Source: Omnitrophica WOR_2 bacterium GWF2_43_52 (GTDB taxonomy: Bacteria; Omnitrophota; Gorgyraeia; Gygaellales; UBA12090). Taken from it: DNA of 64,000 nucleotides. A program made the translations under genes and the position numbers. The stretch lies in the NCBI GenBank assembly GCA_001805445.1, contig MHGF01000003.1:248429-312428 (forward strand), written 5' to 3'. Every line of letters begins with the position of its first letter. Position 1 is the stretch's first letter. Below, piece after piece: positions 28,790-37,696 of the stretch. The notes below the pieces were generated by a model. It worked only from the letters and a program-made list of their open reading frames with translations, did not search any database and was not told the origin of the DNA.

Positions 28790-30663
28790 GCCGATATTTT
28801 GTGTTTCTGCAAGTACTCTATCACTTCTTCCAATTCTTTAAGTACTGCCTGCATCGTTAGGTTCTCCATTGAACTCGCCGCATAACGGGCTATATCGCAT
28901 TCTTTAAAAATATCCCTCAGTTTATCAAGAATATCCTGGGGAATACTTTGATGGCGAGAAATTTCATCAATCACGCTTATTGTTATACCCTGCGAGGGCA
29001 GGTGAAAATAATCCCCCAGATATTCTTGTAGCGTCTGAAACACTGCATCAAAATATCCTATTTTATCGGTTTTCGCTAATAACTGCTCTGCCTTACGAAT
29101 CCCCTCTCTTGCCTTACGGGGAGCAGAAAGAGCTCGCGCATATCGAATATCAGTCCTTAATTTACGATTCCTCGCTCGCCATACAGAAAATAAAATAAAA
29201 CATAAAAACGGCACAAACTGAGCGGTAAGAAAGAGTTTATTTTTATAAAGGAAACTGCCTTTTTTCATCACTTTACCCATCGATGTCTTGATATAGACAA
29301 TATCCCTGCCTAATTTTTCTACACTACGGCTAGTAGCATTTAACTGTTGAAGAGCTTCAACAACCTTTAATTCTTCCTGTTTATCCAGCTTGGTTACCTT
29401 AAGAGGAAACGGCCCCTTGGTAATGGACTCATACCTTGCGGTTTCGGGGTTAAAGAAATGAAATGTCAATAAAGGCAGTTCCCGAATCTTTTCATCCAAA
29501 GGAATAATAACCTGCGTAAAAGACTTACTCTCTTTTTCCTGCTTTACCTGGGGCTCATATACCTTAAGGTTATCCTGTGCCTTACATTGAGGAACGGTAA
29601 CGGTATTAAGATTCCCATTTCCGCGAATCATCCCTTTGAGGGTTATGGGATCTCCTACCTTCACCTCCTGAGGGCTGGCAGAGACATCAAAATCAAAATT
29701 TCCGACAGCCCCGCTGTAATTTTCAGGCTTACCTTCCTCAGGCAGGTTCGTTACGGTAATCGGGATATCAGCAGATTTTAAGATTATCGGCTGTTTCCGG
29801 TATGAACCAAAGAAGTCATCAATAACCGAAGAATCAAAGAAATCGTCAAAATTCGTAAAGCCGTCTCGTCGTCTCTGTTTTCGTATAATCAGGTTACATT
29901 GTAACTGGGCAGGGCCAAGCCGTGCCTCTTGCGGCTTGAGCCCGAAAAACGCGGCGTTAAGCTCAATCACCTCATACTGGATATCTCCCAAGACTTCCTG
30001 ATATTGCCGTGGCTGCTGGAATTCAGAAACGAAAAAGCCGTCATGCGTTAAGGTAGGGAATTGTATATCTGTTACCCCTACTTCACGCACATACAATTTT
30101 ATGGTAAGCGCCGCAACCTCATTGATATAGAGCTTATTCTTTTTTGGTTGTATCACCAGAAATACCTTGTCGTTTACATCGCTTAGGATATCCTGCTCTG
30201 AAGAGCCGGAGGGCGTATTTTTTTGCACCTGGCCCTGTACCACCTCAAGGATAACAGTACCCGAGGTATAGGTATCGCCATGGTAATCGAACTTCCATGG
30301 CCCTAAGGTATACCTGCCTGCCTTTGCGGGAAAAAGCGAATAAATATGGGTAATAGAACTCGACATCTGGCCGTTTACTATGGATACCCTTGTGGCGGGG
30401 CCTTGATAACGCACTCCAAGGCCATCTATAAGAGGAACATTAAAAACCGGGATATTTTGTGTATCGTTAAAAGTAAGGTTGAGTGTCGTCGTATCGCCAA
30501 GGGATATTCTGGCAGACTCAACCTCAATCTCGAAATTAATATCCTTGGCAAAACCAGTATGGCTGAAGAAGCAGAAAAATAAGTAAAAAAGACAGCCTCC
30601 GGCTATGCTTAGCTTACCAACAGTTCCACGCCTACTTTCACTCTGAAACATTACCCTCACCAA
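28786..30663 (-). CDS. batD: BatD family protein
   Basis: SIVNG, GAVG.F, VGDP.TL...G.GN, F.FFNP...Y, C-terminal TM. Confidence 0.85.
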   Translation of the reverse strand: MVRVMFQSESRRGTVGKLSIAGGCLFYLFFCFFSHTGFAKDINFEIEVESARISLGDTTTLNLTFNDTQNIPVFNVPLIDGLGVRYQGPATRVSIVNGQMSSSITHIYSLFPAKAGRYTLGPWKFDYHGDTYTSGTVILEVVQGQVQKNTPSGSSEQDILSDVNDKVFLVIQPKKNKLYINEVAALTIKLYVREVGVTDIQFPTLTHDGFFVSEFQQPRQYQEVLGDIQYEVIELNAAFFGLKPQEARLGPAQLQCNLIIRKQRRRDGFTNFDDFFDSSVIDDFFGSYRKQPIILKSADIPITVTNLPEEGKPENYSGAVGNFDFDVSASPQEVKVGDPITLKGMIRGNGNLNTVTVPQCKAQDNLKVYEPQVKQEKESKSFTQVIIPLDEKIRELPLLTFHFFNPETARYESITKGPFPLKVTKLDKQEELKVVEALQQLNATSRSVEKLGRDIVYIKTSMGKVMKKGSFLYKNKLFLTAQFVPFLCFILFSVWRARNRKLRTDIRYARALSAPRKAREGIRKAEQLLAKTDKIGYFDAVFQTLQEYLGDYFHLPSQGITISVIDEISRHQSIPQDILDKLRDIFKECDIARYAASSMENLTMQAVLKELEEVIEYLQKHKISA

Positions 30664-31562
30664 TCCTTTTCAGGAGCCCTAAGTTGCCCTTCTCGCATAT
30701 ACTGGAGATGCCCCTGGGCATTTTCTTCCTGCCGGAATCCCTCAAGAAGCATCGCAGCTTCCTCGGAAGACATCTCTTGTGTTTCTTGCGCCTCTGGCGC
30801 AGGCTCGCCTGGATCAGAAGGGGCAGTGTCTTCTTCAAAAGGGGCTCTCTCTTTGCCATCTTTTTCTTTAGCCTCTTCCTGCTTGAGCGCTTGTCTCTTT
30901 TCTGCGCCCTGCCCCTCTTCTTTTTTTTGCCCTTCTGCTTCCTGAGGCTTCCCCTCTTCCTGTTTTTGCTCTTGTGGTTCTTGACCTTGCCGCTCTTCTG
31001 GGCCAGGCTTTTGTTCTGTTGACCCCTGGCCTTCCTGTTTTTGCCCCTGGCCACCCTTTTTGTTTTCTTGTTGCAGCTTATCCAAAAGTGTTTTGAGCTC
31101 TTTTTCCACCACCTCATGGTTGAGCTTGGCTTTTTTATCTTTGCTATTTAATTCTATTGCCTTCTTATAGTAGTCAAGTGCCTGGCGCAATAATCGCACC
31201 GCGGATTGAAGATCGGTGTGAACCTTGCGTTTTCCAAGTTTGTACTTTGCGTTACCGATATTGTAATGCGCCTTTGCCTCCAGGCGCTTATCATCGGATA
31301 AGAGCGCTTTCTCAAATAAACCAATCGCCTTCTCATAATCACCTTTCTTAAACCAGGCAGTGCCGGCATTAAAGTTAATAGCGGCTGAATCAGGATCAGC
31401 AAGAAGGGCTTCATTATACAGGGTTAAGGCTTTATCATGGGCACCCGCCCTCATAAAGGCGTTAGCTTTGGCTACTATGGCCGAGGCGTCTTTGGCAAAA
31501 GCCTCCGGGCAAACAAACAAACACAGTAACAGGAGAAAAAGAAAAAAGGCCTTTCGCTTCAT
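30657..31562 (-). CDS. batC: BatC-like TPR protein with Q/E-rich tail
   Basis: TPRs (YNIGN), low-complexity linker, terminal EKDW. Confidence 0.8.
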   Translation of the reverse strand: MKRKAFFLFLLLLCLFVCPEAFAKDASAIVAKANAFMRAGAHDKALTLYNEALLADPDSAAINFNAGTAWFKKGDYEKAIGLFEKALLSDDKRLEAKAHYNIGNAKYKLGKRKVHTDLQSAVRLLRQALDYYKKAIELNSKDKKAKLNHEVVEKELKTLLDKLQQENKKGGQGQKQEGQGSTEQKPGPEERQGQEPQEQKQEEGKPQEAEGQKKEEGQGAEKRQALKQEEAKEKDGKERAPFEEDTAPSDPGEPAPEAQETQEMSSEEAAMLLEGFRQEENAQGHLQYMREGQLRAPEKDW

Positions 31563-32560
31563 GTTTTTTTTGTATCGCTTATGAATGGCTCAACCAGGAA
31601 AAACAAAAGCGCAAACGCCAAAGGAATCTGAAATCTTTCTTCATACTGTTTATTCATCGCGCCTTTTATTTCGCGTTTTTCCATTTTTGAGAATTTTTCT
31701 TTATACAAGAGCTCAAGGCCAAATTCTGCGCTTGTCGAACGCACATAACTACCCATTGTCATTAACGCGATTTTCTGTAGCGTAACTTCATCCAAACGTG
31801 ACTTTACCACATTGCCTACCCTATCTTTTAAAAACTCCTTTTGCCCGCTCTCGGTAGTTATGGAAATAAGTTCACCCTCACGGGTACCTATGCCGATACA
31901 GAACACCGTAATCCCTTCTTTTTTGGCCTCTTCGACAACCTTGAGGGGATCGCCTTCGTGGTCCTCCCCGTCGGTAATAATCACCAGGACCTTATGTTTT
32001 TTCTGGCCACCCTCATAACTGCGCAAAGCCTCACGCAAGGCGCTTGATAATGAGGTGCCTCCTTGCGGTATCGTAGTGACATCAAGGCTATCCAGGGAAA
32101 GCAAGAATCCTCCATAGTCATAGGTAAGCGGACATTGCAGAAACGCGCTCCCCGCAAAGGCAATTAAGCCAATCCTGTCCCCGCGGAGATTTTTCGTAAA
32201 ATCTCTCAATGCCAGTTTTGTCCTCTCCAGCCTGTTTGGTTTGATATCTTCAGCAAGCATGCTTTTTGAGGTATCTACGGCTACCACGATATCCAAACCT
32301 TTTCGTTTTAGCTCCTCCCAATGGAATCCCCACTGCGGCCGTAGTAACGCGCAAAAACAAAATAAGATTCCAACCATAAGCACGCCGGCCTTAAGTTTTT
32401 GCTTGGCCACATCCACTGAAACCATTAATTCCGGCAGAAGCCGCGGATCCGCGACCTTTCGTAGTATTCGTCTGCGCCTGATAAAAGACCAACCGTAAAA
32501 ACCAATGAGAATACCAGCGGCCGCGATGCTATAAAGAAAATATGGCTCGGCAAATCTCAT
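31559..32560 (-). CDS. batB: BatB-like VWA protein
   Basis: RPQWG, DTSKSM (MIDAS), PNRL, TDGEDH. Confidence 0.88.
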   Translation of the reverse strand: MRFAEPYFLYSIAAAGILIGFYGWSFIRRRRILRKVADPRLLPELMVSVDVAKQKLKAGVLMVGILFCFCALLRPQWGFHWEELKRKGLDIVVAVDTSKSMLAEDIKPNRLERTKLALRDFTKNLRGDRIGLIAFAGSAFLQCPLTYDYGGFLLSLDSLDVTTIPQGGTSLSSALREALRSYEGGQKKHKVLVIITDGEDHEGDPLKVVEEAKKEGITVFCIGIGTREGELISITTESGQKEFLKDRVGNVVKSRLDEVTLQKIALMTMGSYVRSTSAEFGLELLYKEKFSKMEKREIKGAMNKQYEERFQIPLAFALLFFLVEPFISDTKKT

Positions 32561-32562
32561 CG

Positions 32563-33558
32563 TTAAGGTATTTTCATCAATACAGTATTCGAAAGAATAA
32601 TTTCAAGGAGTACCAAGGCTAATCCCGGAATCAGGAAATAAGGGAAAAACTCCCTGTATTCCAGATATCCTTTTTCTTCTATAGTTGTTTTCTCTAACCG
32701 GCCTATTTCCTTGTAAATCTCCCTAAGGCTTTCAGTATCGGTAGCACGGAAATATCTGCCGCTGGTTTTCTGGGCTATCTTCTGTAAGGTATCCTCATCA
32801 ATATCCACGCGTATTGGCTGATAAACGGTATTACCAAAAAAATCTTTTGCCGGATAAGGCGCCAAACCTTTGGTACCTGCTCCAATCGTATATATTTTGA
32901 CCTTCAAAGCGCTGGCAGCTTCCGCGGCCGCCAGAGGCGAAATGGTGCCGGTATTATTCCTGCCATCAGTAAGTACAATAAGCACCTTGCTTTTTGCTTT
33001 TACGTTTTTAAGCCGGTTTAAAGAAGATGCTATCCCTGAGCCAAGGGCAGTTCCGTCTTCTATCAAGCCGGCCTTGATTCTCTCTAAATTTTCTAAGAGC
33101 CATCCGTAATCAAGGGTCAAAGGACACACCATATACGCCCTGGCCGCGAACGCGACAATACCAATGCGGTCATGAGTCCTGCCCTTTATAAAATCCTTAA
33201 CTACGGCTTTAATTACCTCAAGCCTGTTTTGCCGGCGGCCGGTGAGCGTAAAATCCTCGGCCAACATGCTCGTTGAGCAGTCAAGGGCAAGGACAATCTC
33301 TATTCCTTCCGACTCTATCTTAGACTCAGCAATCGGTGACTGCGGCCGCGCCAAAGCAAGAATAATCAAACTCACTGATAGAGCGCGTAAAAGAAACAGA
33401 TTGCCTGCTGCCTTAAGCTTAAAAGAAGCTTTTACTCCCTCTACCAGCCGAAGCGTAGAAAACTTAAGCCCTGAGCTTAAAGAGGCTGCTCGGGAATACA
33501 GGATAACAGTAACAGCAAAGGGTATAAACAACAAAAAAAGCGGATTATGAAAAAACAT
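32563..33558 (-). CDS. batA: BatA-like VWA protein
   Basis: ALARPQ, DCSTSM, GTALG, TDGRNN, IDE.TL..IA..T.G.YFRA. Confidence 0.9.
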   Translation of the reverse strand: MFFHNPLFLLFIPFAVTVILYSRAASLSSGLKFSTLRLVEGVKASFKLKAAGNLFLLRALSVSLIILALARPQSPIAESKIESEGIEIVLALDCSTSMLAEDFTLTGRRQNRLEVIKAVVKDFIKGRTHDRIGIVAFAARAYMVCPLTLDYGWLLENLERIKAGLIEDGTALGSGIASSLNRLKNVKAKSKVLIVLTDGRNNTGTISPLAAAEAASALKVKIYTIGAGTKGLAPYPAKDFFGNTVYQPIRVDIDEDTLQKIAQKTSGRYFRATDTESLREIYKEIGRLEKTTIEEKGYLEYREFFPYFLIPGLALVLLEIILSNTVLMKIP

Positions 33559-33586
33559 TCTAACGCCTGCTTATGAGCCTTGCCTA

Positions 33587-34552
33587 TTACGAGGCAGCGG
33601 CTCCCTGTAATTCTTCTTTAGTCTGATCAACCAACTTCTTGGCTCTTTCAAACGCCGCAGCAACCTCATCAGAGACAGGCAGATATTTTGCGAACTTGAC
33701 CAAATCACACGAAGTAAGAAACTCACGCAGCAATAGTTTTTGCTCAATGCTTAAGCGCGAGGCAGCTTGAGCACTGGACAAGAACTCTTCGGTAGTCATT
33801 TCCGGAGCCCTCAGGCTAAACCTGTTCTCAAGATAACGGCGGATGATATCTGAAATCTCCACAAAATACTCTTTACTCCTACCTTGCCGGATAAAATCTT
33901 TTTTCTCTAAAGCCTCAAGCTGTTCATAGGCTATTTCATGCGCAGGCCGTGGAAACGCTAAAGGCGCCCCTATCTTTTTCTTCATTAAAACCAGCGTTAT
34001 CCCTAAAAGCCCCGTAAGCACTATGAGCGCTAACCACAGCGCTATCCTGCTCTTTTTTGAAGGTAAAGGTACAGGGTTCTCTATATCCGCGATATCAACC
34101 TCAATACTGCCAGCCTTATCCAAAACACTTCTTACTTCGATTTCCACTTCCTCTGTTTCTTTCTGGCTCCATTCCGTATCAGCCTTGGCTTTATACTTTA
34201 TTATTGCCTTAGGAATTGTTACTTTCCCTGTTACATAGGTATCCAACACATACCATTGCCTGAGGGTTTGTCTGCCAAAAGAGCTTTGTTTTTGAAAACC
34301 AAAATCCTTAATGGCAAAATCCCCTACTATAGCTCCAAAATCAGGAAACTGCACTTCGATATTTTTAAGCGCGCGCACCGTTATTTCATAGCGTATCTTA
34401 TCGCCGATAGTAACTGATTTCTTATCAACCGATACCCTCACCCCTACCGGCTCCCGGCCTTTATCCAATACTTGCGCTAAAACCAAAGCCATAGGCCATA
34501 CAAAAACCAATGTTACTATGGAAAATAACAGTTTAGTGCTTAGTTTTCTCAT
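33587..34552 (-). CDS. Bat-associated membrane protein (DUF4381-like)
   Basis: IGD.I.Y, DI..P, TM, R.YLE.RF...A.EMTT.E, DLVKFAK. Confidence 0.7.
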   Translation of the reverse strand: MRKLSTKLLFSIVTLVFVWPMALVLAQVLDKGREPVGVRVSVDKKSVTIGDKIRYEITVRALKNIEVQFPDFGAIVGDFAIKDFGFQKQSSFGRQTLRQWYVLDTYVTGKVTIPKAIIKYKAKADTEWSQKETEEVEIEVRSVLDKAGSIEVDIADIENPVPLPSKKSRIALWLALIVLTGLLGITLVLMKKKIGAPLAFPRPAHEIAYEQLEALEKKDFIRQGRSKEYFVEISDIIRRYLENRFSLRAPEMTTEEFLSSAQAASRLSIEQKLLLREFLTSCDLVKFAKYLPVSDEVAAAFERAKKLVDQTKEELQGAAAS

Positions 34553-35738
34553 TCTCTGAATCTATCTGATACAGGATTTTGACGTCTTTACTTTCTAAAA
34601 CCTTGGTAAGCAGGGAGTTTAAAAGCTCTTCTTGCTTCTGCCTACGGTACTCACTCTCGGCTCTTTTCTTAACCTCATCAAAGCTTAAAAGCCTTTCCTG
34701 CCTTTTATCATCAATGGAAAAAACATAGAACGTATCTTTTATTTTTATCGGCTCGCTCATGCTTCGCTTTTCCTGCCGTATGAGGGCGTCAATGGCTCCC
34801 GCGGCATCGGAAATTTCTCCGATAGAGGTTTGGCCCTTTACAATCCAGCCATCTATCCGATAACCGTGGCCCTGACTAAGTGAGTTCATGGCCTCATCCT
34901 TTTTGGCGGGATCGGGAATAACCATATAGCTTACCTTGACTGCCGGGGGTATGGCATACTTGTCCATGTTGGCTTTATAATACATCTCAACATCCTGGGG
35001 GCTGATTTTTAAAGCAGGCGCCATTTCCGCGACAAGCAATTGCTGTAGTACAACTTGTTTTTTAAAGTCTTCTACTGCTTGGCGGACTTTTGTTGATTTA
35101 TCCAAGCCTAATTTTTTTGCCCTATCATGCAAAACTTCCCTGGCAACATACTCTTTGATATAGCGCAATTTCCCCTCAGGGCCGCTGAAGGCTTCTGACA
35201 TCCCTTCAGGAAGGCCGCTGATTTCCTTATCAATTTCTGACATGGTAATTTCTCTTTTTGCGATCTGTGCCACAACGGTATCTGAAGGCGCCTTCTGTTC
35301 CGTAATCGAGGTACGCGAGGATAGCTCATAGTCAGCCTGCTGGCCTAATCCTGCCTTCTCCAGCGCCTCAACAATAAGCTCATTCATCCTGGGGATAAAT
35401 TCCGCCTGCCTGTCCAGAAGTTCTGCCTTGTAAAAAAAGGCTAACGCGTTTTCGTAGAGCGATAGATCCATAAAAATCGTTCCCAACCTATAGCAAAGCC
35501 CGGCCTGGGTTTTAGCGTCCCCGGGATTTTTGTCAATATACTCCTTAAGGCTTAGCGCCGCCTGAGCGGATAATCCTTTGGCAAGGAGAGTGTTGACGTA
35601 TTCTAATTGCAGTTTCTGACTCCAGCTTGAGGAAGCCGCGCCAGAGGCTTTGGCTGTAATCGGAATCTTGAAAAAGTATAAAACCGCTGCCGCTATGATC
35701 ATAAGGCTTCCTAAAAAAACAAAAAATGAATTTTTCAT
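34533..35738 (-). CDS. TPR + SurA/PpiC-like chaperone, membrane-anchored
   Basis: N-terminal TM, TPR, VVA.I....IT..E, A..LGLD, YY..N...Y, FDEVK; rotamase core looks shortened. Confidence 0.65.
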   Translation of the reverse strand: MKNSFFVFLGSLMIIAAAVLYFFKIPITAKASGAASSSWSQKLQLEYVNTLLAKGLSAQAALSLKEYIDKNPGDAKTQAGLCYRLGTIFMDLSLYENALAFFYKAELLDRQAEFIPRMNELIVEALEKAGLGQQADYELSSRTSITEQKAPSDTVVAQIAKREITMSEIDKEISGLPEGMSEAFSGPEGKLRYIKEYVAREVLHDRAKKLGLDKSTKVRQAVEDFKKQVVLQQLLVAEMAPALKISPQDVEMYYKANMDKYAIPPAVKVSYMVIPDPAKKDEAMNSLSQGHGYRIDGWIVKGQTSIGEISDAAGAIDALIRQEKRSMSEPIKIKDTFYVFSIDDKRQERLLSFDEVKKRAESEYRRQKQEELLNSLLTKVLESKDVKILYQIDSENEKTKH

Positions 35739-36619
35739 TATGTGCGCATTCTCCTTTCTCTCGCCCGGAAAAACGAAAACAGGCTTTTTGAATACGGGAT
35801 ATCCGTGCGGATATCAATCGCGTCAATACCGCAGGACCGAAAAAGCAATTGTCTTTCTCTGGCTATCGCCTGCGCGCGCAAGGCATACGCATGGCAGGCC
35901 GAGGGATCAGAGGTATCCAGGAAATAACCCTCCTTTGTTTCGGAATCATAGAGTTTAAGGAGCCCGGCACGAGGTAACGATATCTCTAAAGGATCGGTAA
36001 TAGTAATGGCAATAAGGTCATGGCGCTTATTAGTAAGGGTAAGCATTTTTTTACAATCACCGGCATAAAAATCAGAAATAATAAAAGCTACGGTCTTACG
36101 GGTAGTTACCCTATTCAAATATTCTAAGGCTAAGGAGATATCCGTCCCCTTACCTTGCGGCCTGCCATAGAGGGCCTCGCGGATAACCCGCAGGACATGG
36201 CGCGTGCCTTTACGCGCGGGCACAAACTTTTCTATTCTATCGCTAAAGTTAATAAGCCCTACTTTATCGTTATTACGGATGGCTGAAAAAGCCAGGACTG
36301 AACATATCTGGGCGGCAACCTGCATCTTGAGGCTCTTGACGGTGCCGAAAAAAGAGGATGCCGACATATCCAAAACAAGCATCACCGTCAATTCCCTTTC
36401 TTCAACGAATTTTTTGATATAGGGTTCTCCTGTGCGGGCAGTAACGTTCCAGTCAATGGAGCGGATTTCATCCCCGGGCTGATACTGGCGCACCTCATCA
36501 AATTCCATACCCTTACCTTTAAAGACACTCTGGTATTGGCCGGCAAAGATATCGCTTACCATGCGGGAGGTTGTAATTTGGATGCGGCGGATGTTCTTTA
36601 ATACTTCCTTGGGAATCAT
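35738..36619 (-). CDS. DUF58 family protein
   Basis: G.GMEFDEVR.Y.PGD..R.IDWNVTAR, EEREL, ISDF. Confidence 0.92.
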   Translation of the reverse strand: MIPKEVLKNIRRIQITTSRMVSDIFAGQYQSVFKGKGMEFDEVRQYQPGDEIRSIDWNVTARTGEPYIKKFVEERELTVMLVLDMSASSFFGTVKSLKMQVAAQICSVLAFSAIRNNDKVGLINFSDRIEKFVPARKGTRHVLRVIREALYGRPQGKGTDISLALEYLNRVTTRKTVAFIISDFYAGDCKKMLTLTNKRHDLIAITITDPLEISLPRAGLLKLYDSETKEGYFLDTSDPSACHAYALRAQAIARERQLLFRSCGIDAIDIRTDIPYSKSLFSFFRARERRMRT

Positions 36620-36660
36620 TTTTCAACCTCTGCTAACGAGCTGAAAATTGACAGCCTATA

Positions 36661-37653
36661 CTAAGGAACTTCTATTTCGCTTAAGATTTTGGTAACGATG
36701 TCTTCGGAGGTTTTTTCTTCCGCTTCTGCTTCGTAGCTTACAATAACACGGTGGCGCAAGATATCAAGGGCTATGGATTTGATATCCTGGGGAGTAACAT
36801 AGCCCCTGCCTTGGGTAAAGGCGTATGCCTTTGCCGCTATGGTAAGATAAATGGTGGCACGGGGGCTTGCGCCATATTGAATAAGGTTTACCAGCTCATC
36901 AAGTTTGTATTTTTTAGGTTCACGGGTGGCAAAAATAATATCAAGGATGTATTTCTCCAATTTCTCATCAAGGTATATTTCATCAACGACACCCCGCGCC
37001 CTCATAATATCAACAGGGCTAATCACCGCGGTTACATCATTTTTCTTGCTGGTAAAACTCATTGCCTTAAGGATCTTATGCTCTTCTTCGCGCGTCGGGT
37101 AGTTCATGCGTATCTTGAGCATGAATCTATCCACTTGAGCTTCCGGCAAAGGATACGTTCCTTCCTGCTCAATAGGATTTTGGGTTGCCATAACCAGAAA
37201 GGGCTCATCTAACAAAAAGGTATGTTCACCGATAGTTACCTGCCTTTCCTGCATGGCTTCTAAGAGCGCGCTTTGCACCTTAGCGGGTGCCCGGTTTATT
37301 TCATCCGCCAAAATGATATTGGCAAAAATCGGCCCCTTTCTGGTGGTAAATGTCCCTTCTTTTGGGTTATAAACCAATGTCCCCACCAAATCAGCGGGTA
37401 AAAGGTCAGGGGTAAATTGTATTCTCTGGAATTTCGTGTTGATCGCGCCGGAGAGTGTTTTAATAGAGAGCGTTTTCGCCAGCCCAGGGACTCCCTCAAC
37501 CAAGATATGTCCATTTGCCAAAAGCCCCACAAGCAAGCGATTGATTACATACTCTTGTCCGATAATCACTTTGCGGATTTCCGCGGTAAGCATATTCACA
37601 AAGGCACTTTCTTGAGCAACCTTTTCATTGATAGCGGTAAGCCCGGAGCCCAT
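36661..37653 (-). CDS. moxR: MoxR family AAA+ ATPase
   Basis: EGVPGLAKT, RIQFTPDLLP, DEINRAP, ATQNPIEQEGTY, GASPR. Confidence 0.95.
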   Translation of the reverse strand: MGSGLTAINEKVAQESAFVNMLTAEIRKVIIGQEYVINRLLVGLLANGHILVEGVPGLAKTLSIKTLSGAINTKFQRIQFTPDLLPADLVGTLVYNPKEGTFTTRKGPIFANIILADEINRAPAKVQSALLEAMQERQVTIGEHTFLLDEPFLVMATQNPIEQEGTYPLPEAQVDRFMLKIRMNYPTREEEHKILKAMSFTSKKNDVTAVISPVDIMRARGVVDEIYLDEKLEKYILDIIFATREPKKYKLDELVNLIQYGASPRATIYLTIAAKAYAFTQGRGYVTPQDIKSIALDILRHRVIVSYEAEAEEKTSEDIVTKILSEIEVP

Positions 37654-37696
37654 ATCTGTCTTTCTCCTTTCTCTTGATATATAATCCTTAAAATTA

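Noticed and set aside
30638-31117. Lys/Arg-rich 159-aa ORF
   Set aside because: Alternate-frame shadow of the Q/E-rich BatC tail.
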